Positions 1 to 10,545 of a stretch of 64,000 nucleotides of DNA are shown here, piece after piece. Each line of letters opens with the position of its first letter. Within the stretch, counting starts at the first letter, position 1. Below the pieces are notes generated by a model. It ran no database searches, had not been told where the DNA came from, and worked only from the letters and a program-made list of their open reading frames with translations. The stretch covers positions 1 through 64,000 of the forward strand of contig CDROCS010002890.1 in the NCBI GenBank assembly GCA_977020255.1. Direction: 5' to 3'. The position numbers and the translations under genes were made by a program. This DNA is from Obrimoposthia wandeli. Lineage: Eukaryota.

Positions 1-3000
1 AAAAATTGTTCAGGCTCTATATTTAACAACAACGAGTGACCCACAAGACCACGAATACAGCAACACATAGCTATTGAGGCGGTGGCGCTCACTGCTTTAC
101 TTTCTGGTGACAATCACAAGTGTAGAGCTGGAATAGTAAAGGCGCAGCATTGCAGTACGTTTATACAAAACGAAGATCTATTGACTTGCAAGTATGGGAT
201 ATGGATGCAAGGTCTGGCTATGCTGCTTAATCAGAACGGGGGCACACAATACGCAAGCGGCGCGGAAGGGGAGTTAACTACCCTGCAGAGCGGTAACTTA
301 CCTGCAATGGTTAGTTTAACGGGTGTTAAACATCAAAGTTCAGCATCCTTGTTACCAATGGTTTAACTACTGTTTACGCCTACCTGCTAGATCTTCAAAG
401 TATATACTAACTTTAAAGATAATGATGTTTAGCGTTGCTGGTGCTCATTCGAGAACTGTTCAGATGGCGATGAATGATATCCAGTACTGCTAATAGCTCT
501 AAGCGCAAGTGCAGTGTTCTCAGTTGAAAGAACGGTGATAATATACAGGTTAAATATATATTTAGTGCTGGCGGGGTTGACATCAACTGCGTAATTGAAA
601 TTTCACGAAGCCTAGTATTCACACAGAAAGCTCGACACTAACCTTCCGAGCTTTCTTTTAGTTATTACCACCTCCCTTTAACCGCTCTACCATCAGCTGA
701 TTAAAGTTTATACAAACCCAAACCTAAAGTGTTTGGGTTTTTCGTCTAGGTAATGATGAATTAAATCGGGCGGTACTGGTGGTGCCCATCAATAAATATT
801 TGAAAGTCAATTGCGCATGCTCTCGGGTGCTGTCCGTTATCGTTGCTTCCTACTGGCTCAGAGCGATTATAAACATAACACCTCGCGCCGCTAGTGATTA
901 TTAGTGTGACTTTTTTAGCGTTATACTTTTCTTTGAAATGATCGCACACACGCCTTGCACACGACCTGAATAATCGGCTCATTTGCCAATATAGTCACCT
1001 GCAATCGGGATCTTTTACTTACAATCTAATTCATGCTGGCTAATGTTTGCTGTTATCTTTCGCATTATAATTCCTCTACTTTTGTTACATGCCAGCCATC
1101 GAAGTAAAAAAATTCAATAGTGTTATTTTTCGCCTCTCTCGCATTATGTGCATTTATCACCATAAAAAATCTGATTCTTCACCTTTTGCTACGAAAACGT
1201 TAAATAGTTCATTTTATTCTCCAGTTAAGTTTGATTAATGAATAAACATAATATAGTATAGCTACTGTATCAGAAATTAAACTATACAATGCAACCGAGG
1301 TTATTATGAATAAATTACAAGCGTTAAATTGGTTAGTTGAGAATGTGACAAGATGGCCAGCAAAAGGTAAAGGCGTTGTTTTACCCCTATCCAATTGGTT
1401 TTGGGGTGGCTTCACTGATGGTGAAGTTAAGCTAATTAAAGCTGAACCTACAGAAGCCATACGCTGATTGTCATATCACGCAGCAAAGTGGTTGGATGTT
1501 GATCTTAGAGAAAGCAGGAGTAAGGAATGCTAACTCAAAGCTACTAAAGGGAACACGTCAGCGCGCTACGATATATGTTGACTGGAATATTTACTTGAAA
1601 TATAGGGGCGCTGCTCACTTTAACACAAAGAGGAGTTGCGACTCATGGAACACTAGATTTTCCTAATAAGGTTGCAGGCTCTAAAAAGACAGTGACGGCA
1701 AGGCTGCAAATCGCATTTGCAACCATAAGCACTATAAATCTCACCGCTTGGCTTGGCTTTGTAGTACTGGTAAATTCCCAAAGAAATCATAGACCATAAA
1801 TGGTAATGGATTGGATAATAGGCCAAAACCTAGATCAACAACGTTAAAGGTTAACGCGCTAGAAACTCAAGAAAAGAATATTAATACGTCAGGAGTAACC
1901 GGAGTAAGTTGATTAACAAAAGCATAAGTGGATAGCAAAATAGGAAGCGTACAGGTGTGGCCCAGAAAGTTCCGATATAAATAAAACAATAGAAAGAAGA
2001 GGTTGTCCGAGCAGAAGCTGCAAGAAATTCTCGCAAGACCACGGATCTGAAAGACCTTATTATTTCAAGGAGAAATAATTATGCTAACGCTTTTCAAGGT
2101 AAACTAATAAGCATTGAAGTTTCCTGGTTGATTATAAAGAGTTATACGAGAGCAAAAAGAAAACACGCGCTGACTTATTGCAAGATGATTTAAATTCCGT
2201 CGATTTGTGCACTATGATGAATGCGAAAAATTACGCACTGAAGTGCAAAATTAAAAGCAGCAGTTACGAATGAAAGAGGTTAATTGATTATGGCGAATGA
2301 TTCATGGAGAACACCACCAGAAGTATTTGATACTTTAAACAAAGAGTTTGTATTTTTGCTGATACAGCTTGCACATATGAAAATAAACTTTGCCCTGTCG
2401 GATTTACCGAAGAAGCGATAGTCTATCAACGAATCCATGGTTAGCTAGGCTTAAAAATAGTTATCCTTATATTGGTGGTAATGCTTATGTTTTCTGTAAC
2501 CCACCATATTCAAATCCTATGCCATAGGTAAAGCATGTGCTGAAACTCCAGTCTGACAGTCTTGGTGTTATGGTTCTTAACATGAAGAGCACTAGCGTAA
2601 GGTTGGTTTGCTGAAGCGCTTAAAGGCGTTAGTGAAATAAGAAATATTAGCAGTGATAGAAAAAGAAACGGTACCTATTCAATCGGAAGATTAGCTTTTG
2701 TAAATGACGATGGTATGCCAATAAGCGGGAATAACAAACCTCAGTTCATACTTGTATTTAACCCGTTTAAAATCGGCGAGCAAGCAACAATTTATGTTCA
2801 AATAGTTTTATAAATAAAAGGTACTCACTATGATTTCAATCACGAAACCGCACCCATTAAGCAAATGAAAGACGATTGCCCATGAAATTGAAAGCATCAA
2901 GAAGACAGAAATTGCTGACTTTGGTGTTGAAATGGGTCATACGATTAGCATTCATTAAAAAGGACGGCGGCAAAGTTTACTTTTATTTCGTCAATGGTAT

Positions 3001-4600
3001 CGATAAAGCGATCGCTGACTTACTTTTAATTACTGAAAAGATGAGGCTTTGATTATGGATAATTTAACTCATGATGAATTAGCGAACAGCCTAGCTATCC
3101 ATTTAATTAATGATCAACGTATGGTTTGGGAGGACATCCCAGTAGGAAAGGTTCATTCTGTACGCCCTGACGTATTAACCATAGAAAAAAGCTATTCAAG
3201 CCCTAACCCTATATCTGAAATAAAGGTAAGTGTTTCGGATTTTAGATCGGATAACTAAAGAGCTAAATGGAAGGCTTATTTAGATTTTAGCTATGGCGTT
3301 ATATTTGCCGTGCCAAAAGGTTTAATTAAAAAGTCAGATGTACCTAATGGGTGCGGATTGATAACCTTTAACGGTCAATCATGGAATACAGTTAAAAAGA
3401 CCAACTTGCACCCGCAAAAATTAAATGACGAATTATTATTGAAACTATTTAGTAGCGAGCAAGAAAACGCAAAAACCAGTAATTAAAAATAGAGATTTTG
3501 ATCAACACGTTCACCATGAAACATTACGTCAAAAGTTTGGTAAAGAGTTTCGCAGTAAGATAGCTTTTCTTGATGATTATCGAAAAAGAATTAAAAGCAT
3601 TAAAAAGAGTTGGCTGCACTGTTTGATATAGATGTTGATGGATGGGCTTTTGAGAGAAATGTTGCCTACGCCATAAAGCAACTTAAAGTCATGGCTGACG
3701 AATCAGAACGTAAATTAAAGATAGCTAACGAGCTTGGGTCAATGAGAGATAGTATTAGCGCAGGCCTAGACAGGATAATCAATAAATATACTAACAATTA
3801 ATATTCATATAAACCCAAAAATTACACTTCACAAAATCCATGTTATAATTGCAGGCATCATTATCAATCGGTGCTTGCAATGCAATCAAAGAAACAACGA
3901 GCGCACAACAAGCTCAAACAAAAACAACAATTAACCGCTAACGCAAACACTCGCGGCGGTGGCAATAGATCCAGTAATTTCGGGTATAGGCTTACAGGCT
4001 CTTATCATAATGCAGATCAAAAAAGAGACGTATGGGAGGTGGCTGGGTACCCTTCTATTGTAAACTTCTCAGACCACTGGAACATGCAAGCCCGTTTTGG
4101 TATCGCTAAAGCAGGCATTCACCTATTACCTAATAAATGCTGGCAAACTCATCCAATTATTTCTGATGGCGAATACGATGCTGACCGCGATTTAACACCC
4201 TTTGAAAAAGACGTTGAAACACTCGTTAAAAAATTCGACCTATTTGCACGATTAAAAGGAATGGATTGGCGTAATCGCATTGGTCGTTATGCTGGCATTA
4301 TCCCGATCGTAAAAGAAACTGTTGCGGGCGGAAAACCAGATCCCACTAAACCATCCTCAACGATTGGCGGCATAGCTGCACTGATTAAAATTGTGCCTGT
4401 TCCTGAATCACAAATAGATGTGACTGATGTTAGCACCAATTCAGACATTCCGGGCTTGTTAGCGAAAATACGGCCAAAGATGCCTAGCTGTTACAACTTT
4501 AGAAATAACGTTGCAGGCGATCGAAACCCTATTGATAACAACGAAATTCGGGGTAATTAGACCCTAGCCAGTAACTATTTATATTTGCGGAAGGTGCTGA
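1..4600. repeat. Error-rich direct copy of 46792-~51400 (tailspike 3' end, endolysin, HNH, Dam, MmcB-like, portal 5' part)
   Basis: Base 1 AAAAATTGTTCAGGCTCTATATTTAACAACAACG matches 46792 onward; the same genes appear but are broken by small indels (e.g. tailspike, Dam and HNH are intact at 45-50 kb and fragmented here). Confidence 0.97.
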
Positions 4601-5348
4601 TGATGGGTCTATTTTTGGTATTCCTGCAAACGAGGCGGGTTATAATTCGTTAATGGATATGGAGAAAATTTGTGTCGCTGGCTCAGAAGGTTTATTTAAG
4701 AACTCTAAGCAAAGAACAGTGGTTAATGTTAAAGATAGTCAAGTGGCTAACGTATTAACTAATGACCCTAAGAAAAAAGAAATATTTGATCAATCAGCAG
4801 ATGATTTTGCCAGCGGCTTTGATTCGATGCTTACGACTTACGGTATGGACGTTAATTCGCTACAATCAACGCTATCAGACCCGACTGCACCCTTTACCAA
4901 CTCATTAAACTGTTACGCGGCATCGCTTCAAATTCCTGCGTCTGAATTGATTGGTGTACAAATGAATAAGCAGGCAAGTGTCGGCAATGAAACAGCATTA
5001 ATTAACACCGCAGAAAGTCGCCGAGAAAATACACTTTCACCGATGATCATTAGATTTCTAGAATACTTCGTTGGACGTGGAATAATTAAAGCGCCCACTA
5101 ATGAAATAGTAGTTACCTGGGCGAAATTATCTGAACCAACTACAGGTGAAAAATTAGATAACAGTAAAAAAATGGCTGATGTTAATAAATTGGCATTTGA
5201 TACTGGCATGGGCGAACCTACATTCACCGAAGAAGAAGTGCGCAAAGGCTTGGTATTCGAAGAAAAGCCCGAAGAAGAATTAGAGGGTTTCGGCGAAGAT
5301 GATGAAGATGACGAAGACCTAGTAAAAGATAATGAACAACCTAAGTAA
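3880..5348 (+). CDS. Phage portal protein (DUF1073-like), frameshifted near 4450-4570 in this copy
   Basis: ORFs 3871-4560 and 4653-5348 form one ~480-aa protein; the second copy (50898-51740) reads through the break (DISSENYGMPSYYNF...QLDPSRVFIFAEG); it precedes the head morphogenesis gene and has an acidic C-terminus. Confidence 0.85.
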
Positions 5349-5511
5349 GTGGCAACCGCAATCAGTATTAATCACTAGCCAAGAGGTTAGTGATGCGATT
5401 TCCTACGCGGATTATATGGGGTGGTATCTTGCGCCGTCACCATTAAATGCTGCTTTTATTACCATGCTAGCAATCAACAAGGTTCTTCATGAAAATCCTA
5501 TCGATAATTAA
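5332..5511 (+). CDS. Small hypothetical protein (59 aa, MNNLSKWQPQ...)
   Basis: Open frame fills the gap between the portal and head genes and overlaps both; below the ORF-track cutoff. Confidence 0.45.
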   Translation: MNNLSKWQPQSVLITSQEVSDAISYADYMGWYLAPSPLNAAFITMLAINKVLHENPIDN

Positions 5512-6550
5512 TGTTAAAGTTGGAAGCCCAGTAATTCCACGGAAAGCAGAAGATCCAGCTCATCAATTTCCGAACCTACGCAATGCTAACGCGCAATTAA
5601 CGAAACGCTATAAAAACATTAAGCGTGGTATTCGAACGTTGATCGCAAGCTTTGAACCTGTACTAATTACAAACAGCGATATTGGTAACTACAAAAATAG
5701 CAACGTAGGCGTTACCTGTATTGATTCTGACAAAGAAGTAACTACAAATGCAGCGGTGTATAAATACCAACTTGATTCACAGCGCTATCAAAGTATTAAC
5801 TTATTCCTGCAGCAATTGCTGTATGGTGAATTACTAGATAACCAGCAAGGAGCATTTACTAATCGTTGGTGGCTCAACGCTAATTTAACGAGTGCTTATA
5901 CTGATGGTACGGCAGATGCATTGCAATCATCTAAAAACATCGCTGTGCCTGCTGTGGTTGGCGTAGAAATATCGCAACAACTTCGAAGCACGCAGTTAGA
6001 ACAAATAGTATTTAGCCCAGGCTTTCAAAATCGTGTCGGGCTGGTCCATGCTCGCGTATTTGAAGGAATGAAAGGATTAAGTGATTCTAGCAAATCAGAC
6101 TTGTCTGCAACGTTAGCGCGATCAATGGCAAAAGGTGCAGGCATTCGTGAAGTTACCAAGGATGTGATGGCCCGTGTTGATGTGTCTCATAATAGAGCTA
6201 AACGAATTGCACGTACTGAGATATTAAATGCTTATCGTGGTGCCTCAGCGACCGAGACTGACGAGATAAATGAAAACGTATACGATGATAGTGAATGGCA
6301 TATGGTGTCGCTGTGGTGGTCAGCACTCAGCCCTACCACTAGGAAAACCCATTCCGCTAGGCACTCGAACACATACACCACCCAAGAAGTTAGGCAATTT
6401 TACAGCGTAAATGGAAACGCGATCTTTTGCTTATGCTCGCAGTCTCCCGTATTAGCAAATAAACGCACTGGTGAAATACTTCAGAAACCACTACAAGATA
6501 GGATGAAGAAACAACGAGAAGCTTGGGAGAAAGCTCACGGTGTAGTATAA
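5489..6550 (+). CDS. Head morphogenesis protein (Mu gpF / SPP1 gp7-like minor capsid)
   Basis: RAKRIARTEILNAY and W.SALSPTTRKTHSARH...N.I.CLCS motifs; position after the portal. Confidence 0.88.
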   Translation: MKILSIINVKVGSPVIPRKAEDPAHQFPNLRNANAQLTKRYKNIKRGIRTLIASFEPVLITNSDIGNYKNSNVGVTCIDSDKEVTTNAAVYKYQLDSQRYQSINLFLQQLLYGELLDNQQGAFTNRWWLNANLTSAYTDGTADALQSSKNIAVPAVVGVEISQQLRSTQLEQIVFSPGFQNRVGLVHARVFEGMKGLSDSSKSDLSATLARSMAKGAGIREVTKDVMARVDVSHNRAKRIARTEILNAYRGASATETDEINENVYDDSEWHMVSLWWSALSPTTRKTHSARHSNTYTTQEVRQFYSVNGNAIFCLCSQSPVLANKRTGEILQKPLQDRMKKQREAWEKAHGVV

Positions 6551-6551
6551 T
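6523..6551 (+). promoter_or_regulatory. Putative sigma70 promoter of RNA-HNH cassette 1
   Basis: TTGGGA (6523) -17 nt- TATAAT (6546), overlapping the 3' end of the head gene. Confidence 0.55.
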
Positions 6552-6556
6552 ATCAA

Positions 6557-6605
6557 TGCGCTGAGGGATTAATTACCCCGTTTCGACTCGTTACCGAACA
6601 GCGCA
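6557..6605 (+). ncRNA. Three-helix structured RNA element E1 upstream of HNH gene
   Basis: P1 TGCGCTG/CAGCGCA; P2 GGG-ATTAATTA-CCC; P3 TTCG-[ACTCGTTAC]-CGAA. The loop is complementary to GTAACGA (6617-6623) and partly to TAACGGAGT, which contains the SD (6629-6637). Confidence 0.75.
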
Positions 6606-6644
6606 AAACTTCCACAGTAACGACGCCTTAACGGAGTGAGTTCT

Positions 6645-7355
6645 ATGATCGTAAATACATGCAAGTCATGCTTATTAACAAAAGATATTTCTGAATTTTA
6701 CAAGTCAACAAGAACAACCTCTGGGTATAGAAATACCTGCAAGCAATGCGCTGCCGAAAACGCAGCAAAAAGATACAGCAAAACAAAGGTTTTCGTAGGT
6801 CACAATCAATCTAACTTGCCACTGCCAGATTTAAACTGGCTTCATGATAATTTTAATTACCACTCTGACGGCTATTTTGTAAGAAAGATCTCAAGAGGAA
6901 GATCTATTGCCGGAACAAAAACCCAAGGTAAGCTTGAAGATAATGGGTATTACAGAGTGAACATTAATTATAGCGCATTCCTTTTGCATATATTAATTTG
7001 GAAGTGGCATTATGGTACTGAGCCAAAATTCATTGATCACAAAGATAAAGACAGGCTGAATTGCAGGATTAACAACTTACGCGAAGCAAGTAAAAACGAA
7101 AATGCTAGAAATCAATTATTACCATCAAATAACACTAGCGGGTTTTACTGTGTAAGGTGGCATGAATATAATGGAAGAGTTGGCAAGTGGGTAGTGTCAA
7201 TTTCCCATGGTGGCAATATTACATCTTCATATTTTTCATGTATAACAACCGCGGTTAACTGGTATTGCATACAAGCGGAGTTGCTACACGGAAAATTCGC
7301 AAAAGATAAGATTGCACACAACAAAAAAGCTTTAGCTGAATATTTATCTAAGTAA
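6645..7355 (+). CDS. HNH homing endonuclease with N-terminal CxxC..CxxC finger
   Basis: CKSC...CKQC at the N-terminus; IDHKDKDRLNCRINNLREAS HNH_3 motif; C-terminal AP2-like region. ATG 6645 follows GGAG (the track starts at GTG 6636). Confidence 0.9.
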   Translation: MIVNTCKSCLLTKDISEFYKSTRTTSGYRNTCKQCAAENAAKRYSKTKVFVGHNQSNLPLPDLNWLHDNFNYHSDGYFVRKISRGRSIAGTKTQGKLEDNGYYRVNINYSAFLLHILIWKWHYGTEPKFIDHKDKDRLNCRINNLREASKNENARNQLLPSNNTSGFYCVRWHEYNGRVGKWVVSISHGGNITSSYFSCITTAVNWYCIQAELLHGKFAKDKIAHNKKALAEYLSK

Positions 7356-7358
7356 AAA

Positions 7359-7389
7359 TAAAGCAACCATTCACAGTGTGGTTGCTTTA
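7359..7389. terminator. Bidirectional intrinsic terminator
   Basis: 11-bp stem TAAAGCAACCA/TGGTTGCTTTA between convergent genes. Confidence 0.75.
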
Positions 7390-7400
7390 ATATATCACCC

Positions 7401-7724
7401 TTACTTGTTTGTTAGTTGTTTAAATAACTTAACTACGCGATCACCATAAACCCGTTGTCTTTCTTCGTCTTTTCTAGGTTGGAGCTTTTTAGTTAGTAAA
7501 TAACCATAATAAATAGAAAATGGCGCACCACCGTTACTACATGAACTCCACATTATTTTATCAACAGAAATCACATGGCAACCATCTTGCAATATATCGC
7601 CAATTTCGAACCTTCTATTTTTTACTGCGTAAGCGTGAAGTAGTTTATTTTTTTGTTTTTCAGCTTCGCTTTCTATGAGTTTAATTTTTGACTTTAACTT
7701 ATCAAGATCTTTATCAATACCCAT
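7401..7724 (-). CDS. Hypothetical phage protein
   Basis: 107-aa ORF with an AGGA-type SD in the leftward early operon. Confidence 0.7.
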   Translation of the reverse strand: MGIDKDLDKLKSKIKLIESEAEKQKNKLLHAYAVKNRRFEIGDILQDGCHVISVDKIMWSSCSNGGAPFSIYYGYLLTKKLQPRKDEERQRVYGDRVVKLFKQLTNK

Positions 7725-7744
7725 CTTATATATCCTTGGTTAAT

Positions 7745-7936
7745 TTAATCACTGATTATCACTACGTTTTCACATCTAACCCAATTCCACTCTCCAGGGT
7801 CATAAGCGTTTTTATCTGGCACAAGTCCAAATAGTGCCTCTTCAAAATCCACTGATATTACGTACTTATTTTCGCCTTGGTACATTACAAACATATTCGC
7901 ACCAAATCTGTGATTGTTAAATTCTTCTAAAGTCAT
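7745..7936 (-). CDS. Hypothetical phage protein
   Basis: 63-aa ORF with AAGGT SD. Confidence 0.65.
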   Translation of the reverse strand: MTLEEFNNHRFGANMFVMYQGENKYVISVDFEEALFGLVPDKNAYDPGEWNWVRCENVVIISD

Positions 7937-8147
7937 TATCTATACCTTACTTGTTGAGTTATTTAATTAATTCGTAAGCATCGTCAAGCGGTTCTTGTGG
8001 AAAGTTTTCCCAACTATCGCACTCTTGAGCCAAGTTAATTAACTTTTCAAGACCGCTCTTTAGCTCCTTTATTCTTAATTCTTAATTCGTGATGATTGAT
8101 AACTATCTGCATTTGTATTTTAGTCACTCCATTACCCTCTTATTTAG

Positions 8148-8432
8148 TTATTTAACCAGCTTATAAAACATTTCCAAGCCGACTTTTCTTTTTGATGCCA
8201 GATTATCATTAAGCAAAATTTTAACGACTCTTGATATTGTGGTGACATTTAAGCCAGTGCCACACACTAATAATTGACGGCTAACCTCGCCATTTTTCTT
8301 GAGGTAATTAGTCACCAAGTCAATTGTCTCTTGCGTTGGTGGCCCTTTACAAGTGCTTTGCGGCTTCTTAACTGGCTTTGCTTTGCCGAAATCGCCATTA
8401 GGATTGAGGCCTTTAAGTGAAGCTAAATTCAT
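8148..8432 (-). CDS. Putative winged-helix DNA-binding protein
   Basis: C-terminal ...NYLKKNGEVSRQLL..GTGLNVTTISRVVKIL... HTH-like pattern; start taken at ATG 8432. Confidence 0.55.
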   Translation of the reverse strand: MNLASLKGLNPNGDFGKAKPVKKPQSTCKGPPTQETIDLVTNYLKKNGEVSRQLLVCGTGLNVTTISRVVKILLNDNLASKRKVGLEMFYKLVK

Positions 8433-8526
8433 GACTATACCCCGAAATAAGTTAATACTGGATCGACTAATACAGCCACTAAGCACAGGGCAAGAATAAT
8501 TAACGCTCTTTGATTGTTGGTCATGG

Positions 8527-9717
8527 CTATTCTCCCTGGAACTTTATTGAATCAATAATCGCCTTTAATCGCTTAATGGCTATAGGTTCCATTTTGTTTC
8601 GATTACCTTTAATGAAATCTTCAAGGTTACTGCTGATCTTGCCTTTGATTTTTTCAACTTTTAGCTTGCCTTTGAATTCATCTTTTATGATATCAAACAA
8701 TACTTTTTTTACTCTTACAGGAACCATGCCCAACAAAACACACCTTTCCATAATTAGCTTGTTTTTGTTGAAATCGCCATTATCATCAACAGGGTAGGCA
8801 TTTTTGCCATTTTTATTTGTGAAAGACTCAAGAGCAATGGTTACGGTTTTTTCGTCATATCCTTTTGAATATGTGCCGCCACCACCGCCAACAACTTCTT
8901 TTACTGAATAGTAATCGCTAACATCTTCAGCACCATCGCTTGATAGTTGAATTAAAATTTCCATGTTCCCGGACTCAGCAAGCAACTTGGTCACTTCTCT
9001 TTGCAGGTAAAAGTCGCTAACTGTGCCTCTGTCGCGGTCAAGCTCTAAAACATTTGGCGCAAAATTATAACTGTAAGTGTACTTATCATTTAAGTCGCAA
9101 ACATATAAACCGCCAACAAATACCTTTTTAGTATCAGTTAACGCTTCTGCACTAAAGCAGTAACTACCATTATTTTGTGCGATTATTTCTATATCATCAT
9201 CCAGTGCATCCATACAAAGATAATTATTTTCTATGATGTCGAAATCTTCATAAGATAAACCAGTGATCATGAATGAAACTTCGTTGGCATCACCATCATC
9301 AATGTAAGTATCTTTAAATACATCAACGGTTAAGCAGTCAGCTCTTAGTTGTGGGTGCATTTCAATACTCACCCGCCAGCAATCAAAGCCATTTTTAACG
9401 AGTACTTTATAACCAAGGCGGCACAGTACTAGTAATGCCAGCTTATAACCTTCGCCATATTTGCCAATAGAGTCAGCATCATCACGCTTACTTGATTCGC
9501 CTAACATTAAGGTTGATAGGTCCATTGCGCCCGCTAAAGACTTTATTTTTAATACTCCGCTGCTTTCCATTTTACTTACGGTGAAGTTTTTTGTATCAAT
9601 AGCGTTTTGCAATATTTCGCGTGTTGCCTCCCAGAAACCCCAATGTTCAACATAGTTTGCGCCGATTGGTAAATATATCTTTTCTTGACTTGCTGCGCTT
9701 TTAATTTGTGTATTCAT
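8527..9717 (-). CDS. GHKL (HATPase_c-like) ATPase domain protein
   Basis: N-box REILQNAID and G2-box IGKYGEGYKLALL, typical of Hsp90/MutL/rIIA/MORC-type ATPases. Confidence 0.75.
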   Translation of the reverse strand: MNTQIKSAASQEKIYLPIGANYVEHWGFWEATREILQNAIDTKNFTVSKMESSGVLKIKSLAGAMDLSTLMLGESSKRDDADSIGKYGEGYKLALLVLCRLGYKVLVKNGFDCWRVSIEMHPQLRADCLTVDVFKDTYIDDGDANEVSFMITGLSYEDFDIIENNYLCMDALDDDIEIIAQNNGSYCFSAEALTDTKKVFVGGLYVCDLNDKYTYSYNFAPNVLELDRDRGTVSDFYLQREVTKLLAESGNMEILIQLSSDGAEDVSDYYSVKEVVGGGGGTYSKGYDEKTVTIALESFTNKNGKNAYPVDDNGDFNKNKLIMERCVLLGMVPVRVKKVLFDIIKDEFKGKLKVEKIKGKISSNLEDFIKGNRNKMEPIAIKRLKAIIDSIKFQGE

Positions 9718-9753
9718 AAAATCTCTCTAAATGTAATTAAGTAACTGGAACTA

Positions 9754-9782
9754 AATATAATCTATAATTAAACGTAATGCAA
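9754..9782 (-). promoter_or_regulatory. Leftward sigma70 promoter with TTACGTTTA box
   Basis: Minus strand TTGCAT-17-TATATT; TAAACGTAA at 9769-9777. Confidence 0.65.
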
Positions 9783-9805
9783 TACAATTTACATTAATAA
9801 ATAAA

Positions 9806-9829
9806 AAAGGCTGCAATTAAGCAACCTTT
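9806..9829 (-). terminator. Putative intrinsic terminator downstream of ssb
   Basis: AAAGGCTGC-AATTAA-GCAACCTTT imperfect stem with a T-run on the minus strand. Confidence 0.55.
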
Positions 9830-9998
9830 ATTATAATCGAAGCGGCTAGATGATTAGTCTATTATGAGGAATGAAAACCTTGCCTAACTCATTTACCGTG
9901 ATCAAGCGTCCATCGCACAAGAGGAGTAGTGCTGTGTATTATGTCGAGTAATACGCGGTACGATTGCGGCTGACGGCATGAGCTGCACCAGTTGTTAG

Positions 9999-10499
9999 TT
10001 AAAAGGGAATATCTAAATCTGGTGCGCTTTGTTGTCCTTGATTAGCAAAACCGCCTTGCTGCTGCCCTTGGTTGCTGGCGTTTATATTCTGCTGAATGGC
10101 TGACTGCTGTGCTGGGGCTTGCTGCTGCTGAAAGCCGCCTTGCTGTGCTGGGGCTTGCTGCCCTTGTGCAATATAACCACTACCTTCAAGTCGTGCGTTA
10201 TCCATGAATAGCTTAATATATGTCTGACCATCTTTTTCGCTTACTTGTGTTTCAATCTTTAGCTTCTCACAATTGACAACAACAAAATTACCGATAACCA
10301 ACGCAGTCGTATAATAATCAACATGGGCAGGACTTCCAGCAAATAATAGTGCTTTATAGTTGGTATACGTTTTCTCACCAGTTTGTCGATCCTTTGTCAT
10401 TTCTGACAACTCAAGAGCAAACATTGTTGAATTGCCATCTTTACCAACACCAGCTTTGATGAATGGTGCTTTTCTTAACTCGCCGTGTACTATATGCAT
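9999..10499 (-). CDS. ssb: Single-stranded DNA-binding protein
   Basis: OB-fold-length N-terminus, Q/G-rich linker, C-terminal DLDIPF tip; located next to the recombinase. Confidence 0.85.
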   Translation of the reverse strand: MHIVHGELRKAPFIKAGVGKDGNSTMFALELSEMTKDRQTGEKTYTNYKALLFAGSPAHVDYYTTALVIGNFVVVNCEKLKIETQVSEKDGQTYIKLFMDNARLEGSGYIAQGQQAPAQQGGFQQQQAPAQQSAIQQNINASNQGQQQGGFANQGQQSAPDLDIPF

Positions 10500-10545
10500 G
10501 ATTATTCCTTTTTGGTACCGTAATTGATTACGGTACCATTATTAG

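Noticed and set aside
1-620. Diversity-generating retroelement TR/VR pair with the tailspike 3' end (46792-47409)
   Set aside because: No reverse transcriptase in the genome; the differences are indels, not adenine-specific substitutions; the repeat extends far beyond the gene.
4440-4660. Programmed frameshift or intron in the portal gene
   Set aside because: The second copy reads through this region in frame; the extra bases are noise at the edge of the unpolished zone.
3880-5348. Anti-CBASS Acb1 call for the DUF1073-like gene
   Set aside because: Size, position before the head morphogenesis gene and absence of paired HxT/S phosphoesterase motifs indicate a portal protein.
7960-8130. Broken small ORF (...ELKSGLEKLINLAQECDSWENF...) as a pseudogene
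   Set aside because: The break coincides with a stuttered ATTCTTA repeat and differs in the other copy, so it is probably a residual assembly error.
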